Virus record (IMG/VR): IMGVR_UViG_3300025944_000008
Direction: 5' to 3' (one strand)
Length of the DNA: 32,192 nucleotides
Source of the DNA: a virus
Taxonomy: Duplodnaviria; Heunggongvirae; Uroviricota; Caudoviricetes
In this document: in pieces, positions 23,628 to 31,807 of the stretch
Numbering within the stretch: position 1 is the first letter of the stretch
How the letters are laid out: the number at the start of each line of letters is the position of its first letter
Notes under the pieces: generated by a model
The model's input: the letters and a program-made list of their open reading frames with translations, nothing else
Told to the model about the DNA's origin: nothing
The model's database searches: none
Translations under genes and position numbers: made by a program

Positions 23628-24776
23628 TTAGACCTTCACCTTCGGGTTCTGGTGGTTTTTGGGAATCATCGAGAGGATGCCAGGGTTCGCAGCGACGAGA
23701 GTGCCGAAGGGCGTCGTCACTGGAGTTCCAAGCTGAGCAGCGACTGCAGCGATGAACTGGATGAAGTCAGGAGAGTTGCGCAAGACGGGCCATTGCGCCA
23801 AGTCGATATCGATCCCCGCTGTGCCCTTGAGCACCAGCTTCTGCATGGCCTGGATCGTCATCGCGTCGTCCGTCTTGATTCCCATCGCCTTTGTGCTGTG
23901 GAGATCCATCGAGTCTTGGCTATCGAGCGACATCGCCTTGTTCGACGAGACCGAGACTTTGCCCTGCTTCGCTTGGAGCGTCAGGTCACCTGAGTTGAGC
24001 ACCAAGGAGTAGTTCTTTTCCATGGTCCAGTTGACGTTGCCGTCCTTGTCGAAGGTGAGCCCTATCTTGACGTCTCCTCCACCTTTATCGCGGGTTTGCA
24101 GCGTCAGGATAGTCTTGTCACCGTCGCCATGGGAACCGATTTTGAGGAGGGCGACCGTCTTGTCATTGGAGTCGTCCGCGAACTCTTTGGCGGCGATTTG
24201 GTACAGACACTTCTGGTGCCCGTCGGAATCTTCATCCTTCCTCTGCACCTGCCATGTGAGGTCACCAGCCGGGGTGTGGAGCTCGTAGTTCTCGGCGAAG
24301 TCCTGCATCACGTTTCGAATGGGTAGGAAGATGCGCTGGCAGATGGGAGTAGAGCCGATCTGAACGATCCCTCCTCGACGGAGAGTGACGAAGTTCAGGT
24401 CTCTTGTCTTGAGCTCGATGTCTCCAGGATTGAGAAGAGAGCGCCCACCACGATAGCTGCCGCCCTCATCCACCACAGACCAGCCAAGAACGAAGCTCTC
24501 TCGTCCGTCTTCTGAAGGCTCACAGACCCAGCAAACCGACCCGACTTCCGGCATCCAGTTGATGCCCTCTCCCTGGTTCTGATTCACGTAGGGAGAGATG
24601 AAGGGGATGTCGAACTTCACCGTATAGGGCGCAGCCTCCATTCGGGTGTCCACCGTGTAGTCCCGAATGTTGACGTTGACGACACGGCCCCGATAAACGG
24701 AAACGTCGCGAAGATCCGTCGTCGCCGTGGAGGACGAGCGCTTCTTGGGGAAGGCGTCTACAGCGCGTCTGCTCAT
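23628..24776 (-). CDS. Putative baseplate central spike/hub protein (gp5/gpV-like OB fold plus beta-helix), 382 aa
   Basis: N-terminal GRVVNVN...IPFISPY...GINWMPEVGSVCWV resembles the gpV/gp5 OB-fold pattern; the C-terminal region has short beta-strand repeats (SLDSQDSMDLHSTKAMGIKTDDAMTIQA). Confidence 0.65.
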   Translation of the reverse strand: MSRRAVDAFPKKRSSSTATTDLRDVSVYRGRVVNVNIRDYTVDTRMEAAPYTVKFDIPFISPYVNQNQGEGINWMPEVGSVCWVCEPSEDGRESFVLGWSVVDEGGSYRGGRSLLNPGDIELKTRDLNFVTLRRGGIVQIGSTPICQRIFLPIRNVMQDFAENYELHTPAGDLTWQVQRKDEDSDGHQKCLYQIAAKEFADDSNDKTVALLKIGSHGDGDKTILTLQTRDKGGGDVKIGLTFDKDGNVNWTMEKNYSLVLNSGDLTLQAKQGKVSVSSNKAMSLDSQDSMDLHSTKAMGIKTDDAMTIQAMQKLVLKGTAGIDIDLAQWPVLRNSPDFIQFIAAVAAQLGTPVTTPFGTLVAANPGILSMIPKNHQNPKVKV

Positions 24777-24778
24777 GA

Positions 24779-27700
24779 TTAGTAGTGGTGCGGATTCTCT
24801 TTGGTGCCCTTGCCGAACTCCGCACCGAAGACATAGGCGGGAACGGGGTTGGGCCCGTGGATGTTGCTCTTCCAGCCTCGAGACGCACCCTCGAGAATGG
24901 TCTGCCGCAAACGCTCGAAGTTGAGACGCGCCATCCAGTCTTCGTGCTGGTCGAGGGCGACCTGCTCCGCCGAGCGAATAACTGGCTTTGCGATGATCGG
25001 CTTCTCATCGGGCTTCAGGCTGCGGTTGTGCTCATCCACCACAGTGCGAAGGACGAGGTCTCCGTGCAGGTGTGCCGAATCGCCCGGATCCTCGACGCGA
25101 GCGAGGTTGGTCAGAGAGCGCACTACTGTCTCGATGTTGCGGCGCTTGACGTGCTCGTCCTTGTACACATCGTTGTGTAGGCTGTTCGTGACGTAGTTCT
25201 GCACATTGTGGATGTCGGTCAGCGGCAAGAGCTCGCGGGGATTGATGGGGCCGTCCGACAGCGCGTGGCCCGGGAAGACTTTGTCGCCCACAGCGACGGT
25301 GACCTTGTTGACGGCCGGGACGTAGTGCCGTTCCCCGCCGATGTGGATGTAGTGACCGTTCGTCGCCTTGTCGTGCTCGATCCGAGACACGGTCCCTTCC
25401 ATGGTGGATAGGGTAGCAGAGTGCGACAGGATCTTGGGGACATTGAGAAGCTGGTTCAGTCGAGTGAACTTGTCGACCGCACCGGCGCCTCGAGACGCCG
25501 CGACGCCACCGGTGTGGAACGAGTCCATGGCGAGCTGCGTCGCTGGCTCACCAAGAGCGTGTCCGGCGATCACGCCGATGTTGGTGCCGACTTCGTGGAA
25601 GTGTCCGTTCTCACTGAGTCCGTAGCACTTGGCGCACAGGCCCTGCCCGTGGGCGCACTTCAGAGGAGACCGCACGATGATCTTGTCGACGCCGTGCTTC
25701 TGCAGAGTTGCCGTCACCTCTGGAGTGATGATCGTGCCAGGAGCGAGCGTGTGCTTACCCACTTTCGCTTCCTTGGCCAGAACTCGATCCTGGATCTCCA
25801 CGTCGGCCACATTCATCGTGATGCCGTTCTTGGTACCGCAATCGTTCGAGACGATCAGCGTCGGCATCATGACGTTAGCAACGTCTTTGGTGAGAGCTCC
25901 AGGCTCAGAGGTACCTTCGACCTTCTGCAGGGTACCCATGCGGGCGCCGTGGAGAGACGTCCAGTAGTCACCGACGTCGAGACCCTCCGCATAGCTCTTC
26001 TTGACCGGAGTGGGGATGGTGCCGCCAGCGCCGTCCTTCATGAGCATCGGAGCCATGGTGATCTGGCGGAACTGCGGCGTCGAGCCGCGAGCACCGGAGT
26101 ACACCATCGTGTAGATCTTGTTGTCCGTCTTCTCGAAGTGCGGCAGGAGCTCCTTCTCGAGCTCATCGGTCGCCATCGAGTAGATCTTCACCAGCTTGGC
26201 GTCCTTCTCTTCCTTCGAGAGCTTGCTGGACCTGATCTTTCCCGCCTCGACATCGTAGGGGTGGAGGATGTGATCACGCAGCCCCTTCTGAACATCAAGG
26301 TCCTTCAGACCGAAGGAGAACCCCGCTTCGTAGGAGTAGTTGTTACCCAAGTCCTTCAGCTTGTCGACGGTGAGGGCGAAGCTCTTCGGGTCCTGGCGGG
26401 CCAGGTTACCCAGGAGCTGCTTCACGTTCTTCTTCTTGAGCGTGAACTTCGAGTCGTGCAGAAGTTCCTCGTTGGCCTTGAAGCCGTCTGGGAAGTAGCT
26501 ATTGATTGTCATGCGGCCGAGCGTCGTCTTCTTGCCACCGATGGTGAAGACGTCGTTCATGCCAAGAGCACCTCTGTCCTTCGCCTTCTGTGCTTCGAGG
26601 AAGTTGGGAAATGTCTTACCAGTCTCCTTGCCCCACTTCGTCAGAAGGTGAAGACCGAGCAGTGACTCCTGCGTCGGCTGGTACATGATGTCGCCGCTGG
26701 TCGAGCTGAAGAGGTTGTTCGACGGGAACATCTTGTGGGACTCCTTGACTGCCTCGTCCGTGAGCGGGACGAAGACGGACATGGTGTCGCCGTCGAAGTC
26801 AGCGTTGTAGCCAGCGGTGACCAGCGGGTGGATCTGGATGGCCTTGCCCTCGACCATCTTCGGCTTGAAGGCCATGATCGAGAACTTGTGCAGAGCCGGG
26901 TCTCGCTTGAGGAGGACCGGGCGCTTGTCCATCGCCTTCTCGAGCGCCTTCCAGGCGATGTCCCTATTCTCCTTCACCGCCTTCAGCGCATTGACCGGGT
27001 TGAGGCCGACCTGACCCAGCTCTCGCACGACGAAAGGCTTGTAGAGCTCCATCGCCGCTTCCTTCGGTAGGCCCACGTAGTCGAGGTGCATGGCCGGCTC
27101 CGGGATGATGGTGGAGCGCATGGAGAGCTCCTGCCGGCGCTTCATGAGCCGCTTCTGGAAGTAGCCTTGCTTCGGCTGATCGCCAGCAACGACGTCGAGG
27201 ATGCCCTTCATCGGGCGGTTCGACTCGTAGACCGGACGCCCACCGAGGCCAGCGTAGGCCCTCATGGCGTCGTAGAGCTGCTCGCGGACGTTCCTCTCCG
27301 AGGCACCGCCGAGCTCCTTGACCGGGTTCTTCAGACGATCGTTGAGGAGACCGATGGCGTGGTAGTACTGGTTGATGTCGTCGTAGCGCAGTGAACCATC
27401 CGGCATCGGAACAATGGGCCGGAACGCCGGCGGCAGCACCGGCAGGTAGTTCATCATGTACGCTTCGTGCGGCTTCATGTTGAGCTTGTCGAGAGCGATG
27501 AGGTAGCGCGCCTTCTTGTTGGCCTTGTTGAGCGCGTCCTTCTTCAGCTTCGGGAGCTCAGCGAGCGTCTTCTTCAGCTCGGCCTTGACGTCGATCTTCT
27601 TGAGAAGATTGTTGATTGCGATACCACCTGTCTCGCCGTTGGGCAGGGCCTTCTTGCCCTTCGCAACCGCTTCGAAGTCTTCATACCGAAGACCGGATAG

Positions 27701-30700
27701 GATGACGGCCGGGCCGAGCTGCGACTTGCTCGAGCCGACGAACACCGGATTGGGAACCGGCTCGGCCATCTTGATGTGAGACCAGAAGAGTCCCTTGCCC
27801 TTGTCATCCGGCAGGCCGCCGGTGATCTTCGGGTCGAAGAGGCCCTTCTCCAGCTCCTTGGCATCTTTGCCACGGAGCATGCGACCAGCGTCTTTGATCT
27901 CGCCGTGCGAGAGAGCGAGCACGCCCTTGTCAGTCAACGGCATGAGCTGGAGCTCGTTGCCTTGCTTCTGGATGTTGACGCCGAGGCCGGTGAGCAGGTT
28001 CTCGAACTTCTTGTACGCGAACGTCGGGCGAGGAGCCGGCAGCGGCTGGCCCGTGCGGACGCGATCCCAGAAGTCGGTGTGATTCATGTCGTCGAGATTG
28101 TCCCCGAGGTGCTGGTCGGCCTTGTAGGTGGCCATCTCGCGAAGGTTGTGGCGCGCTCCGTGAGCGAGCAGAGCGTAGAACTCGAGCTGCCCCAGGCCCT
28201 GGCCGGGGTGCTCCGCACCTGTGCCCTTGGGAGCGTGGTCGACGGTGTAGGAACCACCGCCCTGTCGACCTCCGCTTCGGACGGCGAGCTTCTTCTCGAC
28301 CTGGTGCTTGAGCTTGAAGATGTACTGATTGCCCGTCAGTACGTCTCCGAGCTTCTTGCCGTTGGTCGGATCGAAGAGCGTTTCTTGATCGCTGATGCCA
28401 TTCTTCGCCAAGTCTTCTTTCACCTTGCTGGTGTAGTCGACGTGCGGCCCGGCGAAGTTGGTGACGACATAGGGCTTGCCCGTCTTCTCGGCGACCTTCG
28501 AGGCGGCTGTCTCGAGCATCTGACCGAGGTTGATGCGGGTCGGGACGCCGGATGGGTTCATGAGGACCTGGACGTGCTGGCCATCTGCGCCACCGATGCG
28601 AGGCATCTCGTGGTCGGGCAGGATGCGGGTGATGATGGCCTTGTTGCCGTGTCGGCCGACGATCTTGTCACCGACCTCGGCGGACTCGAGCGTCTTGACG
28701 TGAACGACGGCTCCCTTGTTGTTCGGGAGCTTGACGACCTTCACCACCTCACCCGGGTGGTCGGAATCCCAGACCACGCTTCGGTCTTGGAGATTGAAGG
28801 CCTTCTTCGACAGACGACTCATCAACCGACCAGTCTCGCCGGCGTAGTCCTTCTTGCCCACTGCTGCAACGAGGATGTCTCCCGGCTCGACCCGCTGACC
28901 GACTCGAATCAGACCGTCCGTCCCGATCTTGGACATCTGGTCCTTCGTCAGCTTCTTTGACATCGTGCTGGCGAAGGCGATGAACCTCGACTTCGAGATC
29001 TCGTCCCTCTCGGGATCTGTCTCGAGCGTCCGACGGTGCAAGTGCTCCGACGTCAGCTTCTTTGCTGCTGAGTCGGAGATGACGATGCCGTCCTCGAAGT
29101 TGTACCCCTTGTACGGTAAATACGCGACGCGAAGGTTCGTTCCAAGGGACAGAGAGCCCTGCCGTGTGAAGTTGGTGTCGGCGAGGGTCTGCCCCTTCTT
29201 CACCGAATCGCCGACCTTCACAAGCGGCGTCGAGTGGATGAAGGTCTTCGAGTCGTTGAGCGGGAAGTGGTTGTAGATCTGCTCCTCGTGTCGCTTGCCG
29301 GCCGCGTCCTGAATGACGATAGCCTCAGCGTGGCCGTTCTCCTTGCTGGTCTTGATCTCCACCACCTTGCCGTCGTGATGAGCATTGTGGGACCAGTCGA
29401 GACCGGTGAGCTTCTCCCAGGTCTGAGACCCGCCTGCCAAAACCTGAACGAGAGGCTGCTCGCGATTGTGCAGAGAGACGGCCTGCGTGCCCTGGCGGGA
29501 CGCGGTCATCGTGCGGTTGCCCTGGTTGTTCTGCAGGAACGGGATGAGGTTGGTCGCCTCATCGTAGAGCTGCGAGGGCTGAACAACGAGGTAGCGAGCC
29601 TCGGAGAAAGGCTTCTCCAGCATCTCGTGTGTTATCGGGTCCTTCATCTTCACGAGGTCCGCAATCGGATGCGGGCGCCCGTCCCTGATGACGACCTGAT
29701 CTGGCAGCAGCACGTTCTCTCGGTGTAGCTCGGCCGGCGTGACCTTGGCGAACTGCTTCGCCTTCAGATCATAGACCTGCATGATGGGGTCGTTGCCCCT
29801 CTTCTTGACGCCGATGGGCAAGTGCAGAGTGATACCGGTGCGCTCCGACTCCGGCGTGTGGATCGGATCGAGATAGCCGAAGTGCGAGGGGTTGATGAGC
29901 TTCATGTCGGGCGTAACCGACTGCTCCTTCTTGATACCGCCCTCCTCGGCCATGATCGTCGTCGCTCGATGATTCGAGATCATCTCGAGCGGGTTCACCT
30001 GCTCCGGGTTCTTCGAGAGCATGGAGCTCGTGAAGAACTCCTTGATGGGGCGATTGAAGAGGTCGCCGGAGATGATGTCGCGAACCTTATCCTGCCGGTC
30101 GATGTTGTTGCCGACTTTTCCAGCAAGGGTCCGCTTCATCTTGGACTTGGTGAGCTGCTCGTGCAGGAAGTCGTCCGTTCCGTGCAGTGTCTTGAAGACG
30201 AGTGAGTTGCGATCGTCCTGTGGGATATCGCCCTTGGTCACTCCAAGAATCCGCTGCGAGCCCAGCAGCAAAGCTTCCCCGTTGACGTGGTCGAACGGCT
30301 TGCCGAAGACGAGCTTCGTCATCTCTGGCAACAAACCCGTCTTGTGGAACTCGGCAACAACGGCAGAGGCCTTCTGGTCGTAGGTTAGGCCTTGCAGTTG
30401 CTGCTTCGAGTTCTTGGTGATCTTCGCGTAGAGCTCTTCAATGTCCTTCTCCGGGTGCTTCGGGACATTGGCCTTGTAGATGTCCTCGCCCCACGCCTTC
30501 TTCATATCCTCGTCTTGAACGCCGAGAACCTTGAGAACGGAGTAGAGCGGAGGGTGATAGGTGCCCCACTGGAACTGAAACTTGCGAGACTCTGGATCGA
30601 ACGGGATCTTGATACGAGGCTTACCCGCGAACGGCTTGGCGAGGTTGAACTCGGTCTCCATTTCGCCGTTCTGCTTGATGTGGGCGTAGACGCCCGAACG

Positions 30701-31048
30701 CAGGCGCCAGAGGCTATCCACCTGCCACTCGGATCCGTCGACGATGTAGCTGTAGCGGTTGGTGGGCTTGGGGAGAGTCATGACCTTGATCTTGGTTCGA
30801 TCGAGCTCATGTCCCGTGGCTTTGTCGATCAGGCTCACGTCGGCGAAGACGTTCGCGCCCCAGGTCTTCTTCTGATCCTTCGCTTGCTCCTGAGAGCGGA
30901 TGTCATCTCTCGGTGCGCCACTATCATCGAAGGAGAGATTGTGAAGAACCAACTTCTTCGCTCTTCCTTCGAAGGGGAAGTAGCTCTTCACTGCTGACTC
31001 GACACGCTCTTGGAGGGACTTCCAGGTCTCTGCTGGGGTACCGGCCAC
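24779..31048 (-). CDS. rpoBC: DNA-directed RNA polymerase, fused beta-beta' single polypeptide (~2089 aa)
   Basis: Beta motifs in order: HFGYLDPIHTPES, LIPFLQNNQGNR, GYNFEDGIVIS, GDKIVGRHGNK, NPSGVPTRINLGQ, YIFKLKH, GQGLGQLEFYAL. Beta' motifs in order: GLFDPKITG, LPVLPPAFRP, VLLKRDPALH, YNADFDGD (nt 26786-26806), SGARGS, C...CAKCYG, GEPATQLAMDSFHTGG. No stop between the halves. Start moved to GTG 31048 (SD AAGGAG). Confidence 0.95.
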   Translation of the reverse strand: MAGTPAETWKSLQERVESAVKSYFPFEGRAKKLVLHNLSFDDSGAPRDDIRSQEQAKDQKKTWGANVFADVSLIDKATGHELDRTKIKVMTLPKPTNRYSYIVDGSEWQVDSLWRLRSGVYAHIKQNGEMETEFNLAKPFAGKPRIKIPFDPESRKFQFQWGTYHPPLYSVLKVLGVQDEDMKKAWGEDIYKANVPKHPEKDIEELYAKITKNSKQQLQGLTYDQKASAVVAEFHKTGLLPEMTKLVFGKPFDHVNGEALLLGSQRILGVTKGDIPQDDRNSLVFKTLHGTDDFLHEQLTKSKMKRTLAGKVGNNIDRQDKVRDIISGDLFNRPIKEFFTSSMLSKNPEQVNPLEMISNHRATTIMAEEGGIKKEQSVTPDMKLINPSHFGYLDPIHTPESERTGITLHLPIGVKKRGNDPIMQVYDLKAKQFAKVTPAELHRENVLLPDQVVIRDGRPHPIADLVKMKDPITHEMLEKPFSEARYLVVQPSQLYDEATNLIPFLQNNQGNRTMTASRQGTQAVSLHNREQPLVQVLAGGSQTWEKLTGLDWSHNAHHDGKVVEIKTSKENGHAEAIVIQDAAGKRHEEQIYNHFPLNDSKTFIHSTPLVKVGDSVKKGQTLADTNFTRQGSLSLGTNLRVAYLPYKGYNFEDGIVISDSAAKKLTSEHLHRRTLETDPERDEISKSRFIAFASTMSKKLTKDQMSKIGTDGLIRVGQRVEPGDILVAAVGKKDYAGETGRLMSRLSKKAFNLQDRSVVWDSDHPGEVVKVVKLPNNKGAVVHVKTLESAEVGDKIVGRHGNKAIITRILPDHEMPRIGGADGQHVQVLMNPSGVPTRINLGQMLETAASKVAEKTGKPYVVTNFAGPHVDYTSKVKEDLAKNGISDQETLFDPTNGKKLGDVLTGNQYIFKLKHQVEKKLAVRSGGRQGGGSYTVDHAPKGTGAEHPGQGLGQLEFYALLAHGARHNLREMATYKADQHLGDNLDDMNHTDFWDRVRTGQPLPAPRPTFAYKKFENLLTGLGVNIQKQGNELQLMPLTDKGVLALSHGEIKDAGRMLRGKDAKELEKGLFDPKITGGLPDDKGKGLFWSHIKMAEPVPNPVFVGSSKSQLGPAVILSGLRYEDFEAVAKGKKALPNGETGGIAINNLLKKIDVKAELKKTLAELPKLKKDALNKANKKARYLIALDKLNMKPHEAYMMNYLPVLPPAFRPIVPMPDGSLRYDDINQYYHAIGLLNDRLKNPVKELGGASERNVREQLYDAMRAYAGLGGRPVYESNRPMKGILDVVAGDQPKQGYFQKRLMKRRQELSMRSTIIPEPAMHLDYVGLPKEAAMELYKPFVVRELGQVGLNPVNALKAVKENRDIAWKALEKAMDKRPVLLKRDPALHKFSIMAFKPKMVEGKAIQIHPLVTAGYNADFDGDTMSVFVPLTDEAVKESHKMFPSNNLFSSTSGDIMYQPTQESLLGLHLLTKWGKETGKTFPNFLEAQKAKDRGALGMNDVFTIGGKKTTLGRMTINSYFPDGFKANEELLHDSKFTLKKKNVKQLLGNLARQDPKSFALTVDKLKDLGNNYSYEAGFSFGLKDLDVQKGLRDHILHPYDVEAGKIRSSKLSKEEKDAKLVKIYSMATDELEKELLPHFEKTDNKIYTMVYSGARGSTPQFRQITMAPMLMKDGAGGTIPTPVKKSYAEGLDVGDYWTSLHGARMGTLQKVEGTSEPGALTKDVANVMMPTLIVSNDCGTKNGITMNVADVEIQDRVLAKEAKVGKHTLAPGTIITPEVTATLQKHGVDKIIVRSPLKCAHGQGLCAKCYGLSENGHFHEVGTNIGVIAGHALGEPATQLAMDSFHTGGVAASRGAGAVDKFTRLNQLLNVPKILSHSATLSTMEGTVSRIEHDKATNGHYIHIGGERHYVPAVNKVTVAVGDKVFPGHALSDGPINPRELLPLTDIHNVQNYVTNSLHNDVYKDEHVKRRNIETVVRSLTNLARVEDPGDSAHLHGDLVLRTVVDEHNRSLKPDEKPIIAKPVIRSAEQVALDQHEDWMARLNFERLRQTILEGASRGWKSNIHGPNPVPAYVFGAEFGKGTKENPHHY

Positions 31049-31106
31049 GATAATCTCCTTGCAGCCCTCTGCCTGACGGCAATCTCCGGGCCGACCAAGT
31101 GCCTCC

Positions 31107-31135
31107 AGCGTAGGCAGAAGACGATCCGACGTCAA
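31107..31135 (-). promoter_or_regulatory. Sigma70-like promoter upstream of the RNAP gene
   Basis: TTGACG (31135-31130), 17-nt spacer, TACGCT (31112-31107), with an AT-rich tract upstream. Confidence 0.55.
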
Positions 31136-31136
31136 A

Positions 31137-31165
31137 TAAAACCTAGAGATTGCCGGAGATAAGAG
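31137..31165 (+). promoter_or_regulatory. Candidate phage promoter, site 3 (TAAAA-N16-GATAAG)
   Basis: TAAAA at 31137, GATAAG at 31158, upstream of the small-gene cluster that starts at 31204. Confidence 0.6.
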
Positions 31166-31203
31166 TTTCGTAGGCAGGCTTTATTTTCGCAGAGAGGGAA
31201 GCC

Positions 31204-31329
31204 ATGGGCCGAGAGAGTTTCGAACCAGGTGACAACGACTCGAACCAACCGGAGGACGAGAACAACGATTACGAGGAGGCTGTCGACGACCTAATCTCGG
31301 GGGTAATCACACCGGAAGGCGACGAGTGA
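31204..31329 (+). CDS. Very acidic small protein, 41 aa (MGRESFEPGDNDSNQPEDENNDYEEAVDDLISGVITPEGDE)
   Basis: SD GAGAGGGA; first ORF after promoter site 3. Not in the track. Confidence 0.6.
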   Translation: MGRESFEPGDNDSNQPEDENNDYEEAVDDLISGVITPEGDE

Positions 31330-31330
31330 C

Positions 31331-31417
31331 ATGCTCACCGCCGTCCGCCTCGCATTCTGTCTGTTCTTTCTGATCCGCGTGCAGTGGATGCTTTGGCTGT
31401 TGTATGGCATGGGGTGA
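31331..31417 (+). CDS. Possible 28-aa hydrophobic peptide (MLTAVRLAFCLFFLIRVQWMLWLLYGMG)
   Basis: Packs between two plus-strand ORFs with 1-nt and 3-nt gaps; weak SD. Confidence 0.45.
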   Translation: MLTAVRLAFCLFFLIRVQWMLWLLYGMG

Positions 31418-31420
31418 CTC

Positions 31421-31807
31421 ATGGATGGCGATGGAGTGCCGCAGGCTTTCTGTCCGTTGCTGTGGAGGGCGAACGGAGGCACATTCACCGCCGACGGATC
31501 ACCCCGCTTCAACGTTCTCGGGAATGATCATGTTCGCGGGAACTGCACCAGAGCGTACGACTGCGACACCTGCAGTCTCATGCAGCACGAGCTCTCGTAC
31601 CACCCTGCAGGAACAGTGTGGTGGTGTTGTACGAGCTGCGTCGCAAGGCTGAAGAGCCGATCCAAAGGGGTGGGTCGGCATCTACGCCTTCCTGGGTACT
31701 ACACCGACGGATACTGTCAAAACCCTGCCTGCCGTCGAGATGAGGAGGATCGCCCAGCGAGCCACCTCCAACTCGTACTCGGTGACATCACGCTGGAGGG
31801 CGGTTGA
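31421..31807 (+). CDS. Cys-rich putative Zn-binding protein, 128 aa
   Basis: CDTC, CCTSC and CQNPAC motifs; its stop overlaps the next ATG. Confidence 0.7.
   Translation: MDGDGVPQAFCPLLWRANGGTFTADGSPRFNVLGNDHVRGNCTRAYDCDTCSLMQHELSYHPAGTVWWCCTSCVARLKSRSKGVGRHLRLPGYYTDGYCQNPACRRDEEDRPASHLQLVLGDITLEGG

Noticed and set aside
3032-28960. Long plus-strand ORFs antisense to real genes (e.g. 3032-4597, 6576-7841, 14060-14812, 19167-20141, 21899-23119, 25421-26665, 27776-28960)
   Set aside because: Typical shadow frames of GC-rich, codon-biased genes: L/V/D/R/H-rich translations with no SD or domain motifs.
30086-30091. GATAAG on the minus strand inside the RNAP gene
   Set aside because: It lacks the YAAAA element 16 nt upstream and is intragenic, so it was not counted as a promoter site.
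1612-31048. Reading bL12-like, rpoBC-like and rnhB genes as a bacterial chromosome segment
   Set aside because: They are not in rplKAJL-rpoBC order, are separated by >20 kb of capsid, terminase and baseplate genes, and the bL12 and RNAP sequences are chimeric or strongly diverged.
13268-31048. Introns or inteins in terL or the RNAP gene
   Set aside because: Both ORFs are continuous, with conserved motifs at normal or shortened spacing; no intein splice-junction motifs were seen.
4547-31135. Upstream extensions of track ORFs (starts at 4663, 7685, 12119, 31135)
   Set aside because: They overlap neighbouring genes or promoters and lack an SD; downstream starts at 4546, 7664, 12032 and 31048 have clear SD sequences.
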